A stretch of 64,000 nucleotides of DNA from Nitrospirota bacterium. Lineage in GTDB: Bacteria > Nitrospirota > Nitrospiria > Nitrospirales > Nitrospiraceae. This document shows, in pieces, positions 53,604-64,000 of this stretch (position 1 is the stretch's first letter; the number at the start of each line of letters is the position of its first letter). Under the pieces are notes generated by a model. It was not told the origin of the DNA. It did no database searches and worked only from the letters and a program-made list of their open reading frames with translations. A program made the position numbers and the translations under genes. The stretch spans positions 192,001-256,000 of the forward strand of contig CAVPBK010000006.1 of the NCBI GenBank assembly GCA_963701855.1, in the 5' to 3' direction.

Positions 53604-54851
53604 TTATCGATTCATCGACTGTAGGAACTCCTGATTGGTCTTAGTGCCATGCAGCTTATCCATCAGAAACTCCATGGCTTCCATCGTCCCAAGCGGACTC
53701 AGCACCTTGCGTAGGATCCACATCTTATTGAGACGATCCTTATCAACCAACAATTCTTCTTTTCTCGTGCCGGACTGGGCAATATCGATGGCCGGGAAGA
53801 GCCGCTTGTCGGCCAGACGGCGATCGAGATGGACTTCCATGTTGCCGGTCCCTTTGAACTCCTCAAAAATCACATCGTCCATCCGGCTGCCGGTATCGAC
53901 TAGCGCGGTCGCCATGATGGTGAGACTCCCGCCGTTTTCGATGTTACGGGCCGCTCCAAAGAACCGCTTCGGACGTTGGAGCGCGTTTGAGTCCAGTCCC
54001 CCCGACAACACCTTGCCACTTGGCGGCGCAATGGTGTTGTACGCGCGAGCCAGACGAGTAATGCTATCCAGCAGCACCACGACATCTTTTTTATGCTCGA
54101 CCAGCCGCTTGGCCTTTTCAAGCACCATTTCAGCCACTTGGGCATGGCGTTGGGCCGGTTCATCGAACGTGGAGCTGATGACTTCGGCCTTCACCTGCCG
54201 CTGCCAGTCGGTAACTTCTTCCGGCCGCTCGTCGATAAGCAACACGATCAAGGTCACTTCTTTGTGGTTTTTAAGAATCGCCCGGGCGATGGCTTGCAGC
54301 AACATCGTTTTCCCGGTTCGGGGAGCCGCGACAATCAACCCACGCTGGCCTTTGCCGATCGGGGTCGTGAGATCCATCACACGGGTGCAATATTCCTCAC
54401 GGTCGAACTCGAGGACCAAACGCTCTTCCGGATAGAGTGGTGTCAGGTTATCGAAGAGAATCTTGTCACGAGACACTTCGGGATCTTCGTAATTGACCTT
54501 CTCGACCTTGAGCAATGCAAAATACCGCTCACTCTCTTTCGGCGGACGGATCTGCCCGGACACAATATCGCCGGTGCGCAGATTGAAACGCCGGATTTGA
54601 GAGGGCGAGATGTAGATGTCGTCGGGACCAGGGAGATAGTTCGAATCGGGAGCGCGCAGAAATCCGAACCCATCAGGGAGTGTTTCGAGCACGCCTTCGC
54701 CGAAGACCACGCCGTTGTTTGCGGTCTGCGCCTGCAGAATCGCAAAAATCAACTCCTGCTTCCGCAGATTGGGTGCGCCATCGATCTTCAGATCGCGCGC
54801 AACCTCATTAAGATCGGCGATCGACTTCTGCTTTAGCTCCGCGAGATGCAT
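53604..54851 (-). CDS. rho: Transcription termination factor Rho
   Basis: [26 protein letters not shown]; alternative start at 54875. Confidence 0.98.
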   Translation of the reverse strand: MHLAELKQKSIADLNEVARDLKIDGAPNLRKQELIFAILQAQTANNGVVFGEGVLETLPDGFGFLRAPDSNYLPGPDDIYISPSQIRRFNLRTGDIVSGQIRPPKESERYFALLKVEKVNYEDPEVSRDKILFDNLTPLYPEERLVLEFDREEYCTRVMDLTTPIGKGQRGLIVAAPRTGKTMLLQAIARAILKNHKEVTLIVLLIDERPEEVTDWQRQVKAEVISSTFDEPAQRHAQVAEMVLEKAKRLVEHKKDVVVLLDSITRLARAYNTIAPPSGKVLSGGLDSNALQRPKRFFGAARNIENGGSLTIMATALVDTGSRMDDVIFEEFKGTGNMEVHLDRRLADKRLFPAIDIAQSGTRKEELLVDKDRLNKMWILRKVLSPLGTMEAMEFLMDKLHGTKTNQEFLQSMNR

Positions 54852-55391
54852 AACCTCCCCCTTCGTTTGTGTCATGAATATCCTCTCAAGCCTCCGGCTG
54901 CATTAGTTATCGGCAGCGATCGCACATGGTGAACCATGGGAAATTGTCCACGGACTGAATAGTAGCGTAGCCTAATGATAGTGCGTTGATGATTGTGTCG
55001 TGTATATCAGCTAAAAGAGAGTGACCCTGTGAGGGACTGACCTGTCTTCGCTTGTCGCTATCAAGGGACGACTCTGTCTCATGGTTGCGGATAATGTTGC
55101 AGGCTGGAACTCATGCCGAGCTGACTCGCCTCTGTTCCCTGAGCAATTATGACTTGTATCGAGATGCGCCCAGGAAGTCTTGTGTGTGGAGATAACTTCG
55201 AACCGAGCTGAGATAGTAAGAGAATAATAACGTGAGCATGGTTCCTTGTCAACTAGGGCATCTCTTTTTTCACGCTATCCACTTCGCATTGAGCCAGTCC
55301 AGTCGGCCTCAGCTCTTCCCGACAGCAGTACTGCTCTGGTTGCAGCGCAAAAGAGTGGTGTGCTAAATGAGAGACTTCGCGGAGGCATAGC

Positions 55392-55805
55392 ATGGCGCAC
55401 GATGACGAACAGGGACAGCACGAACGAATATTTACATTATCCGAAGCTAACCGCCTCATCCCCCAGCTCAACTCCAAGCTGACAGCAATTCAGCAAGCCA
55501 AGGCCGTCTTGTCTCGCACAAAAGAAGATATCAAGAAAGCCAGCGCCCAAGCCGAATATGGTGGGGGCAGTACTGTTGGGCACCTCTACATCTTGGGACT
55601 ACAACAAGTCAGTGCGAATCTTCAGGCGATTCAAGAACTCGGTATCCTAGTGAAGGATCTGGATCTCGGCCTCTGTGATTTTCCTTATCTTAATGACGGC
55701 CGAGTGGTCTATCTATGTTGGAAGCTCGGAGAGCAAGAAGTTCTCTGGTGGCATGAAACGACTACTGGCTATAAAGATCGCTGCCCTCTAGAGGATCTAG
55801 CCTGA
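55392..55805 (+). CDS. DUF2203 family protein
   Basis: FT..EAN..IP, KD...GL.DFP, YLCWK.GE....WH....G...R.P. Confidence 0.85.
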   Translation: MAHDDEQGQHERIFTLSEANRLIPQLNSKLTAIQQAKAVLSRTKEDIKKASAQAEYGGGSTVGHLYILGLQQVSANLQAIQELGILVKDLDLGLCDFPYLNDGRVVYLCWKLGEQEVLWWHETTTGYKDRCPLEDLA

Positions 55806-55833
55806 GATCAGAATCCTCACCCTTGAGACATTT

Positions 55834-56112
55834 ATGAAATTTGTCATACTCGGATTCGACGGCCCCGAAGGAGAGGCCAAGCGAAAAATCTATCGCCCTG
55901 CTCATCTCGCCAAGATGGAACCCCTAGATGCGCAAGGCCGGGTCGTACTAGCCGGTCCTCTCACGGATAAGACGGGGAGCCTTATTGTCATCGAAGCGGA
56001 CTCGCTGGAAGACGCGCAACAGTTTGCTCGCGAAGACCCCTATACCATCCACGGTGTATTTGAACGGGTCGAGATCCACCCATTTATTCAAGTCTTTCCG
56101 AAAGAGCGGTAG
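55834..56112 (+). CDS. YciI family protein
   Basis: RPAHL, AGP, GSL, DPY. Confidence 0.9.
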   Translation: MKFVILGFDGPEGEAKRKIYRPAHLAKMEPLDAQGRVVLAGPLTDKTGSLIVIEADSLEDAQQFAREDPYTIHGVFERVEIHPFIQVFPKER

Positions 56113-56208
56113 CCGGAGGCCTGCCACTCCAATCCCTTTCACCCCTAGCCCATCTGTCCCCCTTTGGATGCATTGTCCCTTCCGCTATCAAACGGTATAG
56201 TTATATTA

Positions 56209-57483
56209 ATGGAACTGTATTGGCGATTTATCTACCCCTCCCTTTTCGCACTCTTACTATGCTTATTAGGGGGATCTCCTGCATTCAGCGCCTCCACGAA
56301 AACCATTGTCGCCAATGGCCACTACGTCATGGCCGATGGCGACACCTTAGCCGTCGCAGAAGAAAAAGTTCTCCAACGAGCCCAACGCAACGCGGTGGAA
56401 GAAGCGGGCGTCTATCTCGAAACTACATTCCACGATATGGAAAAAGAATCCGACGGAAGAAGCACGCAAACCAGTTCGCTGGAAATCAGAACGATTGCCG
56501 CTGCTGTCACGGAAACGGAAATCCTCGAATCCAGGCGCTCCTTCGAGCTGAATCGTCCCGTCTTTTTCGTACGCATTCGTGCTACGGTCAATATGAGTAG
56601 TCTGGCGGATGCCATACGCCGACTTCAATCCGAGCAGCAGCTCACGCAACACTTTCGCCAGCTCCAGCAAGAAAATCTCCATTTGCGCTCACAACTGCAA
56701 GAGATTCAACGGCAGCCGGTCGGCGTCCGAATGCTGGCAATCGATCCGAGCGGAAAGTCCGCCTCATACCAACGGGCACGCACGATGATCGAGACTGCTC
56801 TCCACACATCGAATCTGCGGGACAAGATCCAGCTCAGCACAGATGCCGCCAGCCTTGACGATCACTACGTCGACCCACTAATTGTGCGCGGACAAACCTA
56901 TCTCCGGCTCGTCTCACTGGCTTTTTCCCAACGGGGTCAGGCATCGGACTATGCGGACTATCTGGACAAAGCCAGGATAGACTTCAATCGCGCCATCGCA
57001 CTCGACGCCAAGAACCTATGGGCATGGGTTGGGAAAGGAGATGTGCTCACGTGGCTGAAACAATTCGACGAGGCCGCTGCTGCCTATGAGCAAGCCCTTG
57101 AGCTCGATCCGTTTGCCGATATCGCTCGCCAGCCTCTCATCGGCGTATATACAACACAAGCGCGCCGTCAGGCGGACGCCAAATCTTGGCATCAAGCTTT
57201 GGCCACGCTGAAAAAAATCCTCAACGCCCAAACACCTGAAAGTTGGATCCCCTATCAAAAAGAAGCGTATACACTGCGGAGCGAGATCTACCTTAAGCTG
57301 AATCAACCGGAAAAAGCGATTGAAGATCTGTCCACTTTAATTCGAGCTGACTCCACCAATGCTGCTGCCCTGATGACCAGAGCAAAGCTCTACCAAGAAC
57401 GTTTACAGGGTCGGCTCGCTAAGGATGACCTTGAGCGAGCCTGCGTTTTAGGCTCCATTCCAGCTTGCGAACAATTACCATAG
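56209..57483 (+). CDS. Exported tetratricopeptide-repeat protein
   Basis: Signal peptide, coiled coil, TPR-like helices, C-terminal ACxLG...AC. Confidence 0.8.
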   Translation: MELYWRFIYPSLFALLLCLLGGSPAFSASTKTIVANGHYVMADGDTLAVAEEKVLQRAQRNAVEEAGVYLETTFHDMEKESDGRSTQTSSLEIRTIAAAVTETEILESRRSFELNRPVFFVRIRATVNMSSLADAIRRLQSEQQLTQHFRQLQQENLHLRSQLQEIQRQPVGVRMLAIDPSGKSASYQRARTMIETALHTSNLRDKIQLSTDAASLDDHYVDPLIVRGQTYLRLVSLAFSQRGQASDYADYLDKARIDFNRAIALDAKNLWAWVGKGDVLTWLKQFDEAAAAYEQALELDPFADIARQPLIGVYTTQARRQADAKSWHQALATLKKILNAQTPESWIPYQKEAYTLRSEIYLKLNQPEKAIEDLSTLIRADSTNAAALMTRAKLYQERLQGRLAKDDLERACVLGSIPACEQLP

Positions 57484-57561
57484 CGCACAACGTATTGATT
57501 TATTTATAATATATAGTTGACAATCGAGTCGGCCTATGCGGCCAAGCGGCTGCCAATTGGT

Positions 57562-57591
57562 TTGACAGACTGCATAGGCCAACCCTATAAT
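57562..57591 (+). promoter_or_regulatory. Consensus sigma70 promoter of the oxidoreductase operon
   Basis: TTGACA-18 nt-TATAAT. Confidence 0.75.
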
Positions 57592-57826
57592 GCGCACTCC
57601 TTAAATGTGAGCCAGATTAGGGGGTTATTGGTCTGTTCTTGGCAAAGCCATGAGTTTGAGGACAAAAGGCCTAAGCCTCCTTCATTCAATGGCCCCAAAT
57701 TTCATAGCGATGGGCCTTCTGCGAAGTTGCAGAGCACATGGAATAAGCTTAGAGTGACAGAGGCTGAGCGTATCAGAAAACCTGTGTTTTTCGTTCTTTA
57801 ACCCCTTAGCCGGAGAGTAAGCCGTA

Positions 57827-58462
57827 ATGACTCAGTATCGTGTCCTTCCAGGTCCAGAACATTTCCTTCCTCCATCGGCTGCCAGTATGGGCATTTGTTT
57901 GCCGAACCCTGGGGAAGCTCATATCAACGGTGTGATTGTTCCAGAAGAAAAAGCCTATGAGGAGGCAGCAAAACAATTCCTCATGGCCAAAGTGCCCACC
58001 CTCTTCCCTGGCCCCTTAGTTCTGTGGGCATGGAACGAGAAGGCGGCCAAGAAGGCCACGGCCATCCGTCACTTGTACAACACACTCAAGGAATGCGTGC
58101 AACCCGGACAAACACCGATGCTGATCCCGATGCCGGACTACCGCCCCAAGTATCCCAAAATCAATCCTGAGGTCGAGATCAACCCCAACCATCCAAATTT
58201 GACCATCTGGCACAATAAAATCGATTGCTGCATGTTCATCGGAGTCCACTGCCATCAAGCGAACTTATCACTCAAAATCATTCGGGGTGGCACCTCCTGC
58301 TACACAATTGCGATGTGCGCTCAAGCCGGCCATGAAGATGCGATGCTCTCGTTCCGCGACGCATCGGTTGAAAAGATTATGAAACTAGCCGATACCGTGA
58401 AAAGATTAAAAGGGACGGTCAAACCACGGCTGACGTCAGCCAAGAGCGGAGCCTCAAACTAA
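57827..58462 (+). CDS. forD: Five-subunit 2-oxoacid:ferredoxin oxidoreductase, delta subunit
   Basis: PMPDYRPKYP and NPNHPNLTIW motifs; D-A-B-G-E order matches Hydrogenobacter forDABGE. For versus Por assignment is inferred. Confidence 0.75.
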   Translation: MTQYRVLPGPEHFLPPSAASMGICLPNPGEAHINGVIVPEEKAYEEAAKQFLMAKVPTLFPGPLVLWAWNEKAAKKATAIRHLYNTLKECVQPGQTPMLIPMPDYRPKYPKINPEVEINPNHPNLTIWHNKIDCCMFIGVHCHQANLSLKIIRGGTSCYTIAMCAQAGHEDAMLSFRDASVEKIMKLADTVKRLKGTVKPRLTSAKSGASN

Positions 58463-58507
58463 GCGACACCGCTTGAGGTTCTGGAGACAGTGAAAGGAGC
58501 CTGAATC

Positions 58508-59719
58508 ATGGCAGACACACATTCCGTCATCGGCACAAAAAATAAAAAAGGCCAGACCTTTACCGACACCTGGAAGATGATGAATGAGGCGCCGCGCACG
58601 CCGTCGTTCTATACGGGTAGCGAGGTTATCAAGGAAGCGCTCCGGCGGGCCAGCTGCGACGTAATGATCGCATATCCGATTACCCCGCAGAGCGAAGCGG
58701 CCGCCTTGATCGGCGAACTCTTTGCCGAAGGTTATATCGGCGACTACTTCCGTGGCGAGAGCGAATTCGCCGTCATGTCGCAATGCGCGGGAGCGGCCTT
58801 CGGTGGGGCACGTGTGTTTACGACAACTGCAGGGCCAGGCACGATGCGCGCGATGGAGAACTTCCCGATGTGGTCCGGCGCAAGGTTGCCGATTCAGATG
58901 ATTGTTACCTGCCGCGGCATCAACTCACCGTTGTCGATCCAGCCCGACACACTCGAGATTGCATATCTTCTGAATACCGGCATGCTCGTCTGGCATGCGG
59001 AAACCGCACAGGACTTCTTTGATTGGATCCTGAAAGGCTACATGGTGTCGGAAGAGCCTGATGTGCACCTCCCCTTGGCGCTCTGCTGCGACGGATTTTT
59101 TGTGACGCACACCAAGGACGTCGTCAATCTTACCCCGGCAGACATGTGTCTTCCACCCTATGACCCCTACCGCTCCCCCGTGCCCTGCATGGACATGGAA
59201 TGTCCGCCGGTTCGGATGATGCGCGATCCGTTTGTCATGAAGAGCAACTACATCAGCTATGCCACTCACGCTTCCTGGCAGCAAGAAGTCTGGGCAGCAG
59301 TGGAACGGTCCCGCAAGCACACAATCAAGTGGATAAACGGGTTGATCGAGACGGAAAATACCGATGCCGAGGTTCTCATCGTTGCCTCCGGTACGGCGGT
59401 GTCGCAGGGTCGTGAGGCCATCCGGCTCCTCGATGACGAAGGCATTCGTTGCGGCCTGGTAAAGATCAAGTCCTTGCGGCCTTGGCCAGGCGAAGAAATC
59501 CGTGAAGCCACAAAAAACGCCAAACACATTATCGTCCCTGAATTTAACGTGACTGGGTGGTTGGCAAAGGAAATTAAGGCTACCATCCCGAATAGCGAGC
59601 GTGTAAATGCTGGCCCGCATGTCTGCGGAGGCATGACGATGCCACCAGAAATTATTGTCTCGGAAATCAAGAACCTGCTCGGCATGCGCACCATGTCGTT
59701 GGCCGGTCGCGGCAGTTGA
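58508..59719 (+). CDS. forA: 2-oxoacid:ferredoxin oxidoreductase, alpha subunit
   Basis: YPITPQS, ESE, TAGPG, DGF..TH. Confidence 0.8.
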   Translation: MADTHSVIGTKNKKGQTFTDTWKMMNEAPRTPSFYTGSEVIKEALRRASCDVMIAYPITPQSEAAALIGELFAEGYIGDYFRGESEFAVMSQCAGAAFGGARVFTTTAGPGTMRAMENFPMWSGARLPIQMIVTCRGINSPLSIQPDTLEIAYLLNTGMLVWHAETAQDFFDWILKGYMVSEEPDVHLPLALCCDGFFVTHTKDVVNLTPADMCLPPYDPYRSPVPCMDMECPPVRMMRDPFVMKSNYISYATHASWQQEVWAAVERSRKHTIKWINGLIETENTDAEVLIVASGTAVSQGREAIRLLDDEGIRCGLVKIKSLRPWPGEEIREATKNAKHIIVPEFNVTGWLAKEIKATIPNSERVNAGPHVCGGMTMPPEIIVSEIKNLLGMRTMSLAGRGS

Positions 59720-59779
59720 TCGCATCTAGCAGCAAGAACGGAACGACCAGAATACGACACACGCACTGAGGAGGCCCAC

Positions 59780-60685
59780 ATGAGCAAGGAACGTATCAAG
59801 ATTTCGGAAGACCTGTATGACATCATGCCGTCTGACTATCAAGACCTGGTCAAGAGCGCGACCTACGGTAAGGAAGACCGAGGCTGGAAGGATATCGGCA
59901 ACAGCAAGGAACTGATCGAGCAACACTCCCTCTGCGCTGGCTGCCCTGAATCCATGGCCTTTCGTTACATCTTGGCCTCATTGCCGAACCCCGAAGACAC
60001 CGTCATGGTTGGTTCCACAGGCTGTACCAGTCTAGTCTTCCCCATGGTGGCCGTGCACAACATTCACTCTCTCTTCGGCAACCAAAACGCAATCGCCTCC
60101 GGCCTGAAGCGCGCCTTGAGCGTCCGCTTCCCAGGCCGTACGAAAGACGTGGTCGTGCTCGCCGGCGACGGTGCCACCGTCGATATCGGCCTCGATATGA
60201 CGCTCCAAGCCTGGTTCCGTCAGGAGAAGTTCACCACCATTTGCTTCGACAACGAACTGTACGCTAATACCGGCGGTCAAGAGAGCGGCCTGATGCAGAA
60301 GGGATTTGTCGCCAAGATGGCTCCGGTAGGGAAGCTCTTTGACAAGGTCCGTCTGCCGGAGATCGCGCGCGAGTCAGGTTGCCATTACGTGGTTCAATGC
60401 ACCGTCAGCAAACCATCCCTCGTTGAGAAGGTGGTACGGAACGCGGTTATGATCTCACGCGAAATCGGCCCGACCTATCTCCAGCTTTATACGCCTTGCA
60501 TTCTTGAAATTGGGAAGAACAGCATGGAAGGGCTCCAGGAAATGCGGGACTCTGAAAAACCGACCGAGCGGTTTGCCTACAAAGAGTACATCAGTGAGCC
60601 GGCCAAACAACTCCTGGCTGAGATATCCGCCAAGGATAAGGAAAAGAAGGCTGCTGCAAAACAGCTCGCCTCTCAGGGAGCCTAA
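59780..60685 (+). CDS. forB: 2-oxoacid:ferredoxin oxidoreductase, beta subunit
   Basis: CAGC, TGC, GDG...DN..YANTGGQ ThDP motif. Confidence 0.8.
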   Translation: MSKERIKISEDLYDIMPSDYQDLVKSATYGKEDRGWKDIGNSKELIEQHSLCAGCPESMAFRYILASLPNPEDTVMVGSTGCTSLVFPMVAVHNIHSLFGNQNAIASGLKRALSVRFPGRTKDVVVLAGDGATVDIGLDMTLQAWFRQEKFTTICFDNELYANTGGQESGLMQKGFVAKMAPVGKLFDKVRLPEIARESGCHYVVQCTVSKPSLVEKVVRNAVMISREIGPTYLQLYTPCILEIGKNSMEGLQEMRDSEKPTERFAYKEYISEPAKQLLAEISAKDKEKKAAAKQLASQGA

Positions 60686-60709
60686 TCCGATTCTGGAGGA
60701 GAGACGATC

Positions 60710-61417
60710 ATGATCAAGAAAAGACTGAATGTCCGGATGTCGGGATTAGGCGGACAGGGCGCTGTTACCGCCGCGCATGTTCTCGCCATGGCTGCCAATC
60801 GCGACGGCAAGTTTTCAATCTCCAATCCCTTCTTCGGCGCCGAGAAACGCATGGCCCCGGCAGAGAGCTATTGCCGAATTGGCATCGAACGGATCTACGA
60901 CCGCGGCGAGTTGGTATTTCCCGACGTCATTCAGGTCTTTCACCCCCAGGTCATCACCATGGGGAAGAGCTACACCATGCCCTTCTATTCCGGTGTGAAG
61001 GAAGGTGGCCTCGTCATTATCAACTCCGACCAGCCACTTCTCTCTGAAGAAGATGTTCAGCGGCTGAAGGATATAAACGTCGCGTTATTTTATATTGCAG
61101 GCACTGAGCTCGCAATCGAAGTTGCCGGGACCGAGCTATCAACGAATATGTCGATGCTCGGGTCGGTCGCGGGCATCACCAAGTGCGTCTCGATGGAATC
61201 CCTGGATCTCGCCTTACAGGAACGATTCGGGAAGAAGTTCGTCGCCTCCGGTGGAACCGCCTCCCTGGATGAGGCGATCAAGAAGAAATTCGCCAAGAAA
61301 GAAATGTTGCTGGCCAAGAACTTGGCAACTGTGAAGGCGGCCTATGACATTGCCAGTGAGTGGGCCGAAAAGAATCAGTATGAGTTGCGAGTCGGCAATC
61401 CTGCCGTGGCGGCGTAA
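60710..61417 (+). CDS. forG: 2-oxoacid:ferredoxin oxidoreductase, gamma subunit
   Basis: GLGGQG, FGAEKR.AP, N..MLG. Confidence 0.8.
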   Translation: MIKKRLNVRMSGLGGQGAVTAAHVLAMAANRDGKFSISNPFFGAEKRMAPAESYCRIGIERIYDRGELVFPDVIQVFHPQVITMGKSYTMPFYSGVKEGGLVIINSDQPLLSEEDVQRLKDINVALFYIAGTELAIEVAGTELSTNMSMLGSVAGITKCVSMESLDLALQERFGKKFVASGGTASLDEAIKKKFAKKEMLLAKNLATVKAAYDIASEWAEKNQYELRVGNPAVAA

Positions 61418-61440
61418 CGAGAGAGAAGGAACCACCTCGC

Positions 61441-61719
61441 ATGTATAACGTAGCGCAAGTCATCGACGAAAAATGTGTGGCCAAAAAGGGCTGTCGGCTG
61501 TGCATCATGTATTGTCCTGAGGCCAACTGCCTCGACCTCAATCCAACTAAGATGGTGGCCGAAGTGACCATTGACCGCTGTAAAGGCTGTGACCTCTGCG
61601 TAGTCGTCTGCGACGCGGCCAAGCATTATGCCATCACCATGCAGGCGGTCAGCGCCACCGGGAAGCTGATGTCACAAAAAGGCGAGTCCGCAGCGCTGGG
61701 GCAGGCCTACCAAGGATAA
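61441..61719 (+). CDS. forE: 2-oxoacid:ferredoxin oxidoreductase, epsilon (ferredoxin-like) subunit
   Basis: C....GCRLC...CP and CKGCDLC...C 4Fe-4S motifs. Confidence 0.8.
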   Translation: MYNVAQVIDEKCVAKKGCRLCIMYCPEANCLDLNPTKMVAEVTIDRCKGCDLCVVVCDAAKHYAITMQAVSATGKLMSQKGESAALGQAYQG

Positions 61720-61747
61720 CCGTTTCATGTAGCGGGTCTCCCGCGCA

Positions 61748-61780
61748 AGACCCCATGGCGCCTGCGCTATGGGGTTTTTT
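61748..61780 (+). terminator. Intrinsic terminator
   Basis: ACCCCATGGCG-CCTG-CGCTATGGGGT followed by a T-run. Confidence 0.85.
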
Positions 61781-61804
61781 GTTGGTGTACTTCTGGAGGA
61801 ACAG

Positions 61805-62074
61805 ATGGAAGCTGAAGATAATGTCATCGATGAGCTCATTAAAGAAATTGCCGGGCTGATCCACGAGTACCCAAAAGTGCTCGAACGGCGTGCAGTCGAG
61901 ATCCATGCCACCGGGAAAGACCCGGATTTGGCGCAGACCCTTATCAAGGCTGCCGACACTATGCGCGACAGTGGAAACCTCTATCTGACCTGGGCGAAGC
62001 ACTACGCGTCCGTCGCAGCAGGCAGGACCGATGCGACATCGAGTGAGGACGAAACCGAAGATTTCGACGTGTAA
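61805..62074 (+). CDS. Small helical hypothetical protein
   Basis: GGAGG SD, 89-aa ORF with an acidic tail. Confidence 0.65.
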   Translation: MEAEDNVIDELIKEIAGLIHEYPKVLERRAVEIHATGKDPDLAQTLIKAADTMRDSGNLYLTWAKHYASVAAGRTDATSSEDETEDFDV

Positions 62075-62177
62075 CGAAATAGATGCAGGCAGGTCAAGTA
62101 TTGTTCTAATAGAAAAAAGTCTCCCCCCAACCAATATCTTTTGTTAGAATACGCCGCCAAACGACGAACTATCTAAT

Positions 62178-62253
62178 TCCCCGGTAGCTCAGTTGGTAGA
62201 GCAGCCGGCTGTTAACCGGCTGGTCGCAGGTTCGAGTCCTGCCCGGGGAGCCA
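62178..62253 (+). tRNA. tRNA-Asn (GTT)
   Basis: TCCCCGGTAGCTCAG...CTGTTAA...GTTCGAG...CCGGGGAGCCA. Confidence 0.97.
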
Positions 62254-62455
62254 ATCCAGCGAAAGGGGGCACCCCACTCTGTGAAGTACCCCATTTCGCT
62301 TTCTCCCCACCATTGAAACAAGAGTTCCTTCCACACCTGTTCAACTATAGCCGGATCGAGCGGCTGTAGCGAGAATGCGAGGTAGCCCCTCCCAATTTGT
62401 TGCACCAGAAAGATTCATGCTGCGGGGCTATGAAATTTTTCTGTAGGATGGCTGC

Positions 62456-63442
62456 ATGACACCAGGCGGACGAGAGTTTATACCGGCAGTTTTATTCCGC
62501 AATCCGCATCTCATGACGATTCTCCCTGGTTTTTGGCCTCGCGGAGGACTGCTTGCCGGAGTACCGACCGAGTCGCGCCTCTTTACCACTGAGCCTCACA
62601 CTCAGTTGCTCGGCTATTGCCACTGGCAGCCAATTCGCGCAGCATCCCAGACGCTGGTACTCGTGCATGGACTTGAAGGCTCCAGTGAGTCTCACTATAT
62701 GCGCGGAATTGCCACGAAAGCGTATCGCGCGGGATTCAATGTCATCCGGATGAATCAACGGACCTGTGGCGGGAGCGAGCACCTGACCCCGACGCTCTAT
62801 AACACCGGCTTGAGCCAGGACTATCGCGCCATCGTCCAGGAATTGGCGCGCGTAGATGGACTCAATCGCATCTGGCTTGCCGGCTACTCGATGGGAGGGA
62901 ATCTCATCCTGAAAGCAGCCGGAGAAGCCGGCTCGTCAGAAACAGCATTGGCCGGCGCGATCGCTGTCTGTCCGAATATCGACCCCCCCAAATGCGTCGA
63001 GGCCTTGGAACAACCGCGCAACTGGATTTACCACAGACATTTTCTCGTCGAACTCAAAGCGCGATTGAAACGAAAGGCTGTGCTCTTCCCTGGCAGATGG
63101 GATCTTAAGGATCTCGACCGGACAAATAGCATGAGCCAATTCGATCACCGCTATACCGCTCCGGACGGAGGCTACGCCAGTGGAGCCGACTATTATAATC
63201 GTGTAGGCGCATGCCTTGTGGTCAACTCTATCGCCGTCCCCACCCTCATCATCACGGCACAAGACGATCCCTTTATTCCCTATTCCATGTTTACGGTGCC
63301 GCAGATTCAGCACAACTCTAGGATTCAGGTGATTGCGCCTCGCTATGGAGGGCATTGCGGATTCTTACAATGGGCAGTCAACGGGGAAGATCATTTCTGG
63401 GCGGAGAATCGGATTATGGACTTCTTGCAAGGACGAATGTGA
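62456..63442 (+). CDS. YheT-family alpha/beta hydrolase
   Basis: HGLEGSS, GYSMGG, DDPF, GGHCGF. Confidence 0.9.
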   Translation: MTPGGREFIPAVLFRNPHLMTILPGFWPRGGLLAGVPTESRLFTTEPHTQLLGYCHWQPIRAASQTLVLVHGLEGSSESHYMRGIATKAYRAGFNVIRMNQRTCGGSEHLTPTLYNTGLSQDYRAIVQELARVDGLNRIWLAGYSMGGNLILKAAGEAGSSETALAGAIAVCPNIDPPKCVEALEQPRNWIYHRHFLVELKARLKRKAVLFPGRWDLKDLDRTNSMSQFDHRYTAPDGGYASGADYYNRVGACLVVNSIAVPTLIITAQDDPFIPYSMFTVPQIQHNSRIQVIAPRYGGHCGFLQWAVNGEDHFWAENRIMDFLQGRM

Positions 63443-63508
63443 GGAGAATCGGCCGCGTCCGTCTGGATGCAGCCGGTGAACTTTGGCGATATACGCAGAC
63501 CGCTCCGA

Positions 63509-64000
63509 TCAGGCCGTTTGAAGATGCGCCCGCACTTCTTGCACGTAGGTCTTGAACGGGTCTGGCATGGGAAAGGGCGCCTGACCACGTAGTTGGAAGA
63601 TCGACCAGTTGATGACGTATGAGGGAGAAAACCGTTCTTCCAGTTTAGGATCGGCTGGTGCATCCGAAAGTCCACAGGCCAGCAAATGGCGAACAAGTTC
63701 GCCCCGTCCAAACGCTCTGGTATTGCGTGGGGGATGGTCCATCGCCAACGTAATCGCCTTATCCGTAATGAGGCGTGGAACCTGCCCTTCTTCCATGAGG
63801 CCATAGTAGAGCCCCTTGCCTTGATGAAGATTGTGATACTCCAGATCGAGACTCTTCAGCGCCGGATCAGTCCACGCCATCTGCTCAGCCTCACGAAAGG
63901 TTTCAAGCAGCCATAATTTTGAAGCCCAATCGACCCGGCCCACCAGCGTCCGGTAGTCCCCTCGGAGATCATGCAAGACCTTTTCCCATTGATCGAGCAC
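63509..64000 (-). CDS. PafA/Dop family (Pup or UBact ligase/deamidase), C-terminal part
   Basis: VDWASK, LDLEYH, GLYY, PP.NTRA..RG, NWS, PDPF; 5' end lies outside the window. Confidence 0.85.
   Translation of the reverse strand: MLDQWEKVLHDLRGDYRTLVGRVDWASKLWLLETFREAEQMAWTDPALKSLDLEYHNLHQGKGLYYGLMEEGQVPRLITDKAITLAMDHPPRNTRAFGRGELVRHLLACGLSDAPADPKLEERFSPSYVINWSIFQLRGQAPFPMPDPFKTYVQEVRAHLQTA

Noticed and set aside
62254..62455. Integrative element at tRNA-Asn or at the CAT-anticodon tRNA
   Set aside because: No integrase and no duplicated tRNA 3' end were seen.

Overview
This is a gene-dense chromosomal window from a Nitrospira-like bacterium (inferred from the five-subunit 2-oxoacid:ferredoxin oxidoreductase, a PafA/Dop-family gene and the gene order). 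Most of it is housekeeping: topA-dprA-rng, mreBCD-mrdA-rodA, queA, asd, ilv/leu, psd-pssA, rnpB, rnhC, rpoD-dnaG, his, murA, prfA-prmC, rpmE, rho and two tRNAs. The most interesting part is 1-8.6 kb, a candidate Fur-controlled iron-handling locus. A divergent lipoprotein-apbE unit faces an operon of an unlisted 59-aa Mu Com-like zinc-ribbon protein, an outer-membrane beta-barrel, a lipoprotein, an exported FMN-binding protein with an ApbE flavinylation motif and a His-rich membrane protein. These are followed by an HD-GYP protein, an atypical MauG-like di-haem lipoprotein and bacterioferritin. Non-coding elements include a Leu T-box upstream of leuA, a ~150-nt rod-like RNA between rodA and rng, and copies of a mosaic MITE-like repeat. 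Three genes are broken (dnaG and a DUF4238 gene by frameshifts, an M48 peptidase by an in-frame TGA), which may be assembly errors. All calls come from reading motifs by eye; no searches were run.
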